DNA of 64,000 nucleotides from Klebsormidium nitens (taxonomy: Eukaryota > Plantae > Klebsormidiophyceae). Below, in pieces: positions 1 through 11,504 of this stretch (position 1 is its first letter; each line of letters opens with the position of its first letter). The stretch is taken from positions 1 through 64,000 of the forward strand of contig DF237382.1 in NCBI GenBank assembly GCA_000708835.1, written 5' to 3'. Position numbers and translations under genes: made by a program. The notes below the pieces were generated by a model. The model was not told where the DNA came from, did not search any database, and was given only the letters and a program-made list of their open reading frames with translations.

Positions 1-565
1 TCTAGACTCTTGTCATTCAGTCTTTGAGTACCGTACTCTGGCCCTGGGCACACGAGTCACGACGCTTCCAACTTTGGAGAGTTTTCCTTCACTCGTCTTG
101 CGCCCAGGCGGTCCGAGTTGCCGAGTCATCTTGCTCATGCAAATGGATCATGGCGCCCTAGCTCGGTAGTCAGGTCACCTCAGGTGGTCCTTGGCCTGAT
201 GGCAGTGATCCTCATGGTGGACCCGCAGTTTACAAGGAGTTCACGAGCAGCCCCCTCGGTGTGCAACTCCTAGATCCCAAAGAGGTGGAGCAAATACCCA
301 CAGGAATGTTCACGACCCTGAACCCTTCCAGAGCTTGGAATCAAAAGCAGGCGTCTGAAGGATCGTTGGTTTGCTTGCGCCTGGACCCAGGGGTATCAAC
401 CACGTCAGGGACCCCCATTAGACTATGCATTCCAGCTTTGTCTAGGCCACATGTCAAGCTTGTCTTCAAGTTGGCTGTGCTATGGTTCCTTCAATAAAAG
501 CGATGATCGTCCTCAGCGTTACCGCTTGAGGAGCTAGGATAAAGGTGTCCTTTCCTGCCGCAAGG

Positions 566-3500
566 ATGTCATTCCAGCATCTTCATGATAAGTCCGGCTT
601 CTTCGGTGGGGAAATGGCGAGCAACCCCGGGCCCCAGTCTTTCTTAGACCTGGCGGGTGTGCCACTTGCGGGGAGGGACCCCTACCAGTCCGCGTCCAGG
701 GGTTTGCACGACCAGCTCAGCCATGCACGCCTTGATTTTCGCCCTCAGTTGGACCGCCAGCCCTTAGGTCAGGACCACGGGTTTCAGGCTGCGCACAACT
801 TGAGCTCGTCCCAAGGTTTGATGCTCGGGAACTTGCAGTTGCCAGGGGGGGGGATGAGCAGTCATGCTGCTCTAGCGGCATTCTTGCAGGCGGGGCTAGC
901 AGGTGGCCCTTTAGCACAGGACACAACTGGAGGAGGAGAGGCCATGCTGTTTCCCAGCTCGCTGCTTAGCACGTTGAACCAGTTGCAGAAGGTGAGAGCT
1001 GCTGCAAAAAAAAACGTACAACTATCAGTTCACCTTGCTTTTGTTGAATGCTAGAGGTTTTGCTCTTGTTCCCTCACAGTCTATCCGTCTAGTTTACTGT
1101 GGCTTCTACCATGGTTTCACTGAAATTTCAGGGTTCGGATTTGTTTCTTGAGACAGGTCTTCTGTCGAAGTAAGTGCTCTTTGCATAGCATTGCAATCTT
1201 GCAGCTTGGGATTGGTGAGGCTGTGTGTAACCTGGCGCTCTCCATTTCTGTGCCTAGTCTTGTTGAATGTAAAGCAGTTGCTCCATGATCACACATGAGC
1301 AATGTTCCGAGGAATGAAACTTACTTCGTTGTGCATCCATGCATTTGCATGCACTGCCAGTTACAATGTTGGTGCTGCAAAAACTTCCCAAGAAGATTGA
1401 TATCTGTAGAAGCGCATCGGGGGGCTAGTTTCTGAGATGTGCAACGCTAAGAAATTCATTTGGCCTGTGGAAGCGGAAAGTCAGCTTCTTGACTTTCTTG
1501 ACTTGCGCATCGGAGGGCTAGTTCCTTCGTTGCCATTGTAACTCAGATCCTTACTTACAAACATGCTCGCTTCAACAACATTGCTTGGCCTTTGTAACGA
1601 TTTGTAACTATTGATGCCTCCTTTTCTTATTCTTTTGTTGACGGGGGAAGCAGATACCTAATCGTCTTTTTTTCTGTGGGCGACTGCGCTTCTTTCTTAA
1701 TGCCCATTTTGAACAGCATTCTCAATCCTTCTCTGCGAACTTCGGTGACACCACAGCATCTTGTATTGCAGAACATCGCCACTCTCCAAGCCCTTATCCC
1801 CCTCCTGAACCAACACGGCACCAGTCGCTCCCAGCAAGAAGCGGCCACCATCGGCGTGGCCAATGTTTTGCAAGCCTCTATGGCTCAGCTAGCTTCCGCA
1901 GCAGCAGGTCTTCTGCCGGCTACTCAACCTCTCCCAGGTGACCGGCTGAATAGCGCCAGGGGAACGGCAGGGAGCGCTGCTCTTAACACTACATCAGCAA
2001 ACATCTCAAGCTTTGGGTTGCCAGACGGGAACAGTGTTCGAAACGTGGGGGGGGAGTTGACGCAGCAGGCGTCGGACAAGGAGGAGGAGCAGGGGGGTGT
2101 GGGGTCGTATAAGGAGGACTATGACTCGGAGGAGAATCTGCCTGGTAAGTGTTCAGGCTGCGCCCATTCCTCTTTTCTTGGAAATTCTTATTAAGTGTCT
2201 GTATGCTGGTTGAGGTACTACCTTGCGGCCTCTTCTGCTCGGCGGAAGGTTAGTGAAAGCTGTGCAATCAATTCTGGCGAATGGGGCGAGCGTCTCAGAT
2301 CTGAAATAGACCCGATGGTTTTGTGCCAGGAGGTTTCGGAAGCTCCTGCATCTGCATTCGTGCACTGATCAGAATGCAAAGCTGCAGATCTGACCAGCGG
2401 CTCTTGTTTTAGAAGGGGTTTGTTACCTGGCTGTTTCCAGCGATCCGTCTGCCAAGGCCAGTATAGGTCCCAATGGTGGGGCGATTGCACTGGAAGCTTC
2501 ATCATCTTGTCCGGCATGTTAGCGAGCTTGCATCTACCACTCTTTGAAGTCTCTCAGGTCTTCTGCCCCGGATGTCTCTCTTTGACGCAGCGGCTCTACT
2601 GGCCTGCATTTTGCCAGAATTGTTGACTTTTGGGAGGGCCGCTCACTGGCTACATTTACTTGCACATGGCGAGCCGTTGCTGTCGTTCCTTACTCGTTTC
2701 ACTCAGCCAGTAAGAAGCGCGAACTCCATGTAACCAGAGGCTTTGTGCAGAGGGCTCGTACGATGTCATGGAACTAGACGCGATGGAGATCCTGGCCGAG
2801 CACACGCACTTCTGCGAGATCTGCAACAAAGGTGGGGTTGGCATCCCCTCCGGCCAGACCAGCATCCCAAAACTGGCTGAGGGTCATATCAGATGTCCTA
2901 GTGACTTTGTCGCAAGGCATGACGTTCTATCATGCTCTGTCACCAGCTGATGTGGAATCCATGTTTCATCTTTCCACAGCCTTCATCGTAACACCGTCAC
3001 ATAGGGCTGCTATTTTGGACCACACTTGTCAACACTGTACGGTCTCATTTGAACTAACGACGTGCAGGGTTTAAGCGGGATGCAAACCTGCGTATGCACA
3101 TGCGGGGCCATGGGGACCAGTACAAGACTGCAGCCGCGCTCGCGAAGCCAGACAAACCACAGGAATCTGGAACCTTGCGACCGAAAAGGTTCGTACATAA
3201 ACCTTTCTCCGGCAGCGGCACTCGCTTCTGTACTTTGCTAAATTATTCGTACAGTGGTTTGGGAAAGTTGGCCGTCATGGGAGTCAGCTTAAGTTGAGGT
3301 GCCTTCCACCATGTATGGTGAGAGTCGAAGCGGCATGGATCTCACTGAAGAATTGAGATCAGCATCTGAGATTCTCAGAAGTCGCTGCTTGGGGTGTGTC
3401 TGGTGTTGTTGCAGCGTCCACAAGTCTTCAAGGCTGGCAAAGCAGTCTATAGGATTTGCCTAATTGTTCAAGGTTGACGCCGCAGGAATGTTTTGGGAGA

Positions 3501-5800
3501 TCGATAATCTCCGCAGTTGCAAGTTCCTCAATGTTGCCCTGGAACTTGATATGCTGATGGCTGCGGCCCCTGTTTGATTGCAGGTTCAGCTGTCCCCACG
3601 TCGGTTGCAAGCGCAACCGGAAGCACTCCAAGTTCCAGCCGCTCAAGACGATGCTGTGCGTGAAGAACCACTACCGGCGGAGCCACTGCCCCAAGGTCCT
3701 CTCCTGCAGGTAAGGCTTGACAGCAGGCTGAGGCTTTTCATTTCTCATTACAGCAACCCATTGCTCACTAAGCGACGTGGGTAATGAGGTACCGTACCAA
3801 CTGGCTGGGTTGGTTTGATTGGGAAGGTGCTTGTGCAGCCCAGTATTTGTTCAGCAATACCCTTAGCAACTATCGTTTTGCGGAGATTCGAAGATCGACG
3901 CAACTGAAGTAGTGCAGGCATTCTAGTTACAAAGCCCAGCCTTTTGAGAGCCTGGCTTGTCCTGCGCGCTGCCGTGGTCGCTCTTGTGATGATTGCTACA
4001 GGAGTCTGCAAAGCTCCCAGTGTCGCTTCCAGTCGGAACAGTGTCGGCATGCGAACATCTTCCAAAGCTGTAACTTGTAGACCGTTTGACTTGGTCGTCC
4101 ATAGCGATGCATGTCAGACCAGATTCCGCTGTAACAGCTTGCGAAAGGTTCAAAGTGTGAGCAATCCAGCCTCTGCGGCATTGCAGCAAGTGCGGAGCCA
4201 AGAAGTTTTCGGTGGTGGCGGACCTGAAGACGCACGAGAAGCACTGTGGGCGTGAGAAGTGGACGTGCTCGTGCAAAACGACCTTCAGCCGCAAGGACAA
4301 GCTGCTGGGCCACCTCAACCTGTTCAAGGGCCACAGGTGGGGCGCCGTAGTTCTGTCTCCTCATTCCCGAAACTGTTACCTTTTCCCGTCTCAGCATTCT
4401 AGTTGTTGTGCTCGTTGGTCTCCTTCAGTGTAACTGTTTTGTTATGTTGACCTTCCATTTCTTGAGTTTCTGAACACCGTTGTTTCTCGGATCTCCTTCT
4501 TGGCGACGTTCCCAACGTTGTTGTGTTTGTTGGTTTTCCTTTTGGTTCCTACTGTTGTCCACTCCTATCTTTGTATTCTTGATGCTGTTTCGCCTGCGCT
4601 AGGGTAAAGCGGGCGCCGATCGAGCATGCCATAAGGGTTTATCTAGAAGTCAAACAACACATCTATTGTGAGATAACCGGTGGAACCGTTTGGATAGGGA
4701 GGGCTACTGCTTCCCTCTTGCAGACCCTTCAGCACTATAGCCGTCGCAGTTTTAGATGCAGGCTGATATTCGAGTCTCTTTGAGATATTCCCAGACGGCG
4801 ATGTTACTAACTTTTGGGCCCCGAAAAGATTGCATCATCTTCGTTGGCCACTTTATCTTGCTGCGGGCTGACTCCGCTGGTTTCTCAAACGAGGTGTTAT
4901 TGTCGACGCCCACAGGTTCACATCTGAAGGTGGTTCTTCTTTCAGACGCAAGGTATTGCGGAAGCGAACAGCATTTGGTATTGGCAAGTAAGACTTGACT
5001 GACCCATTGTTTTCTCAAGCCACCAAGATGACAACGATCGCTGTTGTGCAGTCCCGTCCTGCCAAGCCCTACCAAACCGGAACCGGAAATAGGCGGTACG
5101 GGACCCGCTCTGCCAACTTCACAACGTAAGCCAGAACAATTTTCAAACGAAGTTGCGAGTTTCCCTTGCATCGTCTTTCTATGTTGTCGCAAGGCCACTG
5201 TCCGTTTGCTCGACCTTTAGGAGGACAACGATGTCTGCCGGGTTGGATGTACAATGTTTACTCCCCTTTCAGACTTTCAACAGCTTCATGCATGTCCTAC
5301 TTTGATCAGCGCATTGTGAAGCGCCCTTATCCTCTCCACTGCTAATGGCCCATGTTTTCGACATACCGACTCTCAAGTCTGCGCTTGCTTTAGGTCAATT
5401 GTTTTCTATCAGGGAGCATTGGTCGACTCTTGAGAGTGCCCCGGTCTCAGAGCCAGATTGAAAGCAGAAACGTCTCTAACAGCAGCCGCTACCGGATATA
5501 ACGGCTGAGCTTGCGGTGGGGACTGACGCCCGTCTTTTTGTACCGGTTGCAGCCTCGGCAACTAGTCTGGCGGTCGCGGAGGCGCTCGGGCTGGACCTGC
5601 AGAGGCCCTCCGAGGAGCAGCCGCGACTGGTGGGCTCTTTCGACACGCCCAACCTGCTATCCTCCTTTTACGGCTCCCACGAATTGCCCCTCGGAGGCCT
5701 GGAGGGCCAAGAGAACATGGGGCTCGCATTCCAGTTGAAGGAAGAGAATCAGAGCCTCAACTTTTGGGACCGGCGCGAGCAGCTGCCAGGGAAGCGGTAG
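566..5800 (+). CDS. STOP1: STOP1-like C2H2 zinc-finger transcription factor (spliced; 3' exon structure uncertain)
   Basis: GT-AG exons 566-991, 1772-2144, 2751-2831, 3068-3188, 3584-3709 and 4187-4336 join in frame to [60 protein letters not shown]...[37 protein letters not shown]...[45 protein letters not shown], the STOP1 four-finger signature. A probable further exon lies at 5052-5125 (GHSPVLP...). A coding-like terminal block lies at ~5483-5800, and its splice phase is unresolved. Confidence 0.9.
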
Positions 5801-6499
5801 CAGCCGGGCAAGGGGCATGTGCCTTTTTGTATGCCATTCCCCGTTGGAAGAGAATCAAATTGTGACAAAAGGGAGTGGCGGGAAGAGAGGTTTCGGGGAG
5901 GATAGACCGTGATCAAGAGATCTGATGAGAAAATCATCCACCTTCAATGGCGGCTTGCGCTGAGGCCTATGCAAAGGTTGCGTGGTAGTTTGAGGCGCAC
6001 TTTTGAGTGGGCGTATATACCTCCACGGCTTGCTACGCTAGCTTAGCTCTTGTACTTTAGCTTGACATTATCATTTGGTAAACAGTGGTGTTACTGCCTG
6101 CATTTGGAGTCATGAGCGTCACTGCTCATGTGCGTAAGGTAGAGACCAGCTCATCACGCATTTATTAGAGCGCTAGGCTTTCAAAAGAGCGCTAGGTCGT
6201 CATTGTCCAGGTAAACACGTTGCATCAAAAGGTATACACATTGCACCCTAAATCAGATCGCAATAGTTGCATTGTCAAAAAGTGGGGCAAATATGGCTCT
6301 CGCATTAGGAGCTTTAGGAGGGTTTAGGCTAAGTCCGGCAAACAGACAAGGCTAGTCGACAGACACCTTACATGTCAGTACCTTTGAGTCACGCTCGAAA
6401 AGAGTGGGTTTTCATGCTCAAATCTTGGATCGAGTTCGAACAATGTCGCGGTGTCGCACAATTCCGCACATGTCCCTGATAATCGAATGTGTATGTTGA

Positions 6500-7160
6500 A
6501 ATTGCTAAGTTGAGCCGTATGGCATGCACGCATAGGCCTGGCAAGCTGCCGCTCATGCACTGCTCAGTGCATCTATCTGGCATGCAGTGCGGGCTGTATA
6601 TTGCATGAGACTGCATATAGCTTCGATCGCTGTTCATAGCTCCTAGCTAGATCGATCCCTCTTATACACCATAAAGTTGCAGCACATAATCAAAAAATTC
6701 AGATTTGCAAATTGCATATGGACGAGATCGATTTCATATATAGTCCTGTTGCCCAAAAGTCATCTTAAGTTTAGGTAGTTGCGGTTTATGATCGAACCTC
6801 TAGCATGACTGTATTGTTGCATGTGCATCGTTGGCCACATGCCTGCATGTGAAGCGCTCATAGTCTAGCCGTGCATGTGCATGGCCGGCCCTGGGACATG
6901 CTGAGAACATCATTCATGACATGTTCTCTTTCGAATTGAGGCATGCATGATGGACTCATTGTATAAGAAACTCATTGCGTGCGAGCTTGGCTCATGTCGA
7001 TGTTTACTAGCAATTATATATGTCATGCACTCGACTATTTTCGAACACCGTGAATGTGCATCAGCAATAACCTGCCATGGCTATTCTAGATTCAGGACCT
7101 TTCTGGAAAAGATAGGGACATATCACCAAGATTGCAAATCTTGTGCAGCTTTGCATGATG
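6500..7160. other. CATGCA/TGCA (RY)-rich patch 1 in the convergent intergenic region STOP1/petC
   Basis: About a dozen GCATG/CATGC words in 6520-6950, e.g. ggcatgcac, catgcctgcatgtg, gtgcatgtgcatgg, ggcatgcatga. Confidence 0.75.
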
Positions 7161-7526
7161 CAAACCCACATGGGGGAATATGGAACGGACGCAGTTTCAA
7201 ACCTGTGTGAGCGGAAGCACAGCAATTCCATAACCAATCCCAAGGCACAACCGACCCACGGTGCGTGCCAAGTATTGAAAAACTCGGAGTGGTGAATTGA
7301 GAACTTGGGGATGACACTGTTGTCATCCTCTGCGCGACTCTGCTAAAGGGTTGTACAATGGAAGCAGTCCAATGCTCAACTGGCCTAGCCTTGAGTCAAC
7401 AGATGAATTTTACACAAATCGAAATTAGGATGCATCAACTGAGCGATACGACCATATCCCCCCATCGTTGGATCCTCTTCGACCTTTCTATGCAACCAAC
7501 GGAAAATGTGGTCCGCAGCACAAGCT

Positions 7527-10432
7527 CTAAGACCACCAGGGCTTCTCGCCAGTTCTGAAGTCCGTCTCGGTCCAGGGGGACAACACGACCTTGTCGTCAA
7601 CAGTGTCAGCGTGAGCTAGGGCCAATGACTGCAAAAATTCAAGGGTTTCTAGTGAGATGCGTGAAATCGAAGATGCAAAGCGTCATGCAAAGTTCAAGCT
7701 GGACCTTTCGTGGAGCAGCCTACTCACTACCTTCAGTACTTTTAGCTTCAACAATTTCGAAGAACATCCATTTATGAAAACTGAAACACAGAGCAGCCAG
7801 CGAGCAAGTGCAAAAGGCTGCAAACAGAGAACTTGCAATTGTGCAGCATGAAAGGGCAAGCAAGTGAAGTGATGCACAGACGTTGCTGCCTCCGTTGCAA
7901 TACAATCGAACTAAATCAAGAAAGCAGAGGGCACGGTTCAGATTATGTGCAGGGGTTTTGAGACAGGTTAGGGACTGGTCTGCACGAAACATACAATAGA
8001 ACTGAGTGAGAGCAGGTTTAAATAAACGAAACAACGATCAAGACTAGGGTCTATTGAAACTGGGTTTGAATTTCAGAAGGTTTTGAGAGAACTAGGAAAT
8101 ATTTTGGACGCGTTTTGGACACTCACGAGAGGAGCGGGCCCGCGGACGACCTTGCCCTCGGAGTTGTACTGAGACCCGTGGCAGGGGCACATGAACTTGT
8201 TCTCCGCTTGGTTCCACGGCACAACGCAACCCAAGTGAGTGCACACGGCGTTGATCCCGAACGTCGTGATGGAAAGGTCCTCCTTGACGGTCAGGTATGT
8301 CGGGTCACCCTGCAAAGTTGGAAGTGCTGCTTTTACTACCATAGCCTATGTCGATCAGAAAGTTCCGAGTACCTGAGGGGGTGGCAACCGCCGAGTTTGC
8401 ACGAGAGAAATCTCAAAAAGACATACGTAAGTGCCAATGCAAGGACTGGCTGACGGCGGCACTTGTGGTCGTGCGATTGAAATCTGCAGGCATATGGAGG
8501 CTGTTCAATGAACAGCGCTTCTGCTTGTCCTCCATTTGCAATCACTGCTCTTTTTTGCTTCCGACCCTGATAGGCTGCACTCTTTATTGCTTCAGACTAG
8601 TTCTAACTCGAGCAGTGGCAGACCTAGTGTGAACCTCACCTTCAGGCCCTGCACAAGGGACTTGTCATTGGCAAGATGCGTCTTTGTCCACTTGCTGACC
8701 GCAACGTCATTGCCCAAGGCGTCCTTGGCAACAACACCACCGCCAGCCGAGCCGGATCTGCAGCGCACAACGGACTTTCTTCTCGTGTACTCAAGAACCC
8801 AGAATAATCCATGCTTAACCCCTTAGCAAATGCTAACATCAAATTAGGGTTCAGCGGACCAGATGCATACGCATGCAGCTTCTGCTGAGCACTCTCCCTG
8901 AGACTGCAGAAACCTAGGAACCGCAGCATGTCATTTCCGGACAGTCGCCTTTCTAGAAAAAGCTACCAAGCTGTCTGAGAACCCCGCAAGGATTCGCGCG
9001 AGCAGGGGAACCGGTAACTCACGAAGGGGGCACGAAGAAGTAGGCATAGGGTCCGAGGAGGCCAGCCGCAGGAAGGGAGAGGGCTCCGACAAGGAGGAGG
9101 TTCATTGTGACCCTCTTGTTCATGTCAGGAACCTTGTCGCTAGCGACCGCGGCCATGCTGACAACCTTGGCAGCCCTCTTGCCCTGCCTCACAACGCTCC
9201 CCTGAGCCACAAAGGGCTTTACGCTCGTAGCGAGGCCATTGGAAGAGGAGCCAAGCTGCAGAAGCAACGAGAAGTTGAAGAGTCAGGGTTAGAAGCAGAG
9301 GAACCAGAAGAGACGCGTTCTTGATTTGTTTGACCAATGTTTCATCCTCAAACCTGCAATAAGACACCTGGCCCGAGTTGACCACAGCGCCTGTTGTGAG
9401 AAGCAAAAGTCACATGGTTGTGATGCTGCATACTGCAAGAGTCGATTTGTTGCTGTATGGGCCTCTGTGAGGACTCGCTGTGCTTGGTTGACCAGATCAG
9501 CTGCAACAACGAGGAGATCGTAATGAATGTGCCCCAACGACCAACCTCCCAATCTGTTGCTCCTATCCCCATCTCTACCAAATGTATTTCAATCCTGAAC
9601 CTGCGATCGGAGAGAGAGCAGGCTGCTCTTGGAAAATCTCAGATTGAGGCCCTCGACTCAGAAGGGCGCAAGCTGTTATATGGTCTTGACATAACGCCTC
9701 ACAACTGGCAGGCAGCTTCGGAGAAATGGCGATGCCTCCGGTACCGAAAAGCTGCACATACTACCTCAAAGTGCTAGAATGCTGCCCCATCCAGCAAAAA
9801 CAGGCAGTGCGGACGTCTCTGCTTTGATTTGTGCTTTCCAATATCTGTGCTGACCTCAGTGAATCATCATTAGCTCCATCCAACCAATGCTGTTGCCAGA
9901 CCATTGTAAAGGGCTTAACTGCGCATCAGGTTCTGGCAGATTTGTCTACTGCAAAGAGCCGTGCCGCACAAGGACTAAGCATGCCTGTTGGAATTACAAA
10001 GGCCTTCTCAGCACCTTCTTGGTAAAGGTACTTCTACCAGTAAGTCCGAACCTAGACGCTTTGACCATGAAGTTTAGAAAGATAGCTAGTGAAACCAGGC
10101 CCTGTCAAGAAGGTTGCTCACAGAAATGACCAACTTCCCAAAAAGTTGGCTATGCTTGTCAAACTAAGATGTTTATGACACTGCAGGAAGCACAGTCACC
10201 ACAATACACTCCTCTGGACATCGCTACCCTGTTGCTTGCTACTTGTCAAATCCATAAGATAAGACCAACCGAACAGACCAAAATGGACAAGGAGACACTG
10301 GATTGAGCACACAAACTGAACAGCTCTCAAAAATTGGTACGGTTTGGTCATCACCTTGCTGGCAGAGGGAGTGAATGCTGTCCTTGGCACGACAGCGGCA
10401 GATGAGGAAGCAGCCATGGTTGCAGAAGCCAT
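7527..10432 (-). CDS. petC: Cytochrome b6f Rieske iron-sulfur subunit with chloroplast transit peptide
   Basis: Exons 10432-10355, 9255-9023, 8757-8640, 8309-8127 and 7628-7527 total 714 nt (237 aa). Motifs: [77 protein letters not shown]. Confidence 0.97.
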
Positions 10433-10904
10433 TGCTTTCCCCTTCCTCTACTGTGGACCCTACCAAAGCTCTGTTGGCAGAGGAGAAAGCGCAAGGAAAG
10501 GGAAGCGCCTGCAAACTTTTCAAACGTGCACTCCCAGTTCAACTTGAAGGAGGTGGCGATATCTGCGAATCTGGATAAGAAATTAGAGGATAAGGCTGCG
10601 CCCGTAGAATGGTTAAAGCTTCTGTGAAACAGTGTCAATGATACTGAAATTACGTACCGGGTTTGGTGGCCATGTGCCGTGGGCCGTTGGCTAAATCCGT
10701 GCCAGTGAGGCAAGGGGTACAAAGAAGCCAAACTTTTTTCGGAATTGTACGCAAGTCGGCGCTCGTCCAATAAAGGTGGGTACCGCGCAGGCTTGATTTC
10801 AAAGAACCGTTGCAAGCTAAGGTACCCACCACTGCACGGTCTCTGTACCGGGCCAGATTGCTACCGGGGAGCCTCCGACCAACACTAGAAACCTAAATAC
10901 AGTG

Positions 10905-10980
10905 ACATAACCCTAACCAACACCCTAGTCGTTCCGCCACAGCCCACCCCAGCCCACCCTAACCCGCCCACCAACCCCAC
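10905..10980 (-). promoter_or_regulatory. G-rich (potential G-quadruplex) tract with telomere-like CCCTAA units in the petC/PQ-loop divergent promoter
   Basis: The plus strand cccaccccagcccaccctaacccgcccaccaacccc gives seven G3-4 runs with 1-5 nt loops on the minus strand. Confidence 0.55.
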
Positions 10981-11504
10981 CAACGTCACTCGGTTGTGCT
11001 CTGTGAGCAGTGCCCGGTTGAAATACATTGCGTCGACGAGCAGTCTATTCCCAAAAATGTTTGGCTTCCGAAGTTCTTTGTCCGTTTTGCGCCAGTGAGC
11101 TTGTCTTTCTTATTCTGAAACTGTTTTGCTCGTTAGTGCAAACCAGTTTCCTGTCAGCAAACCTCGGCAGTGGTCAGCACACGCTGCCCCCGAGCAGTGT
11201 CTCTGGCTCCGAGCAGCGACCTCTTGTAACAATGGAACTCTTTGGTTGTCGCTTGGATACTTTCGAGTCGGCTGTTCACACTTTGTCCAGGGGAGGAGGA
11301 AGGGCATTAGCATCATGCTGCCTGTGCATGCATTCGTGGCATGGTTCGACATTTCCAGCGCGCTTCCCTCTCCTTGTCAGCTTCTTTCTCTTGTCATGGT
11401 GCCGAACCAGGGCTTACCATGATGCTGGTTCAATTGTGAAGCTTGGGTTTGCAGAACCAGAAGGAGTGCACATTGGTGCTAGCAAGGGTTTTTGATGCAA
11501 CGCC

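Noticed and set aside
6500-7160. Z-DNA explanation for the RY-rich patches
   Set aside because: The alternating tracts are short and interrupted, and convergent ends accumulate positive supercoils, which disfavour Z-DNA. It is not supported as the main explanation.
11419-11439. Short uORF (MMLVQL*) upstream of the PQ-loop ATG
   Set aside because: The TSS is unknown and such 6-codon ORFs are common by chance, so there is no supporting evidence.
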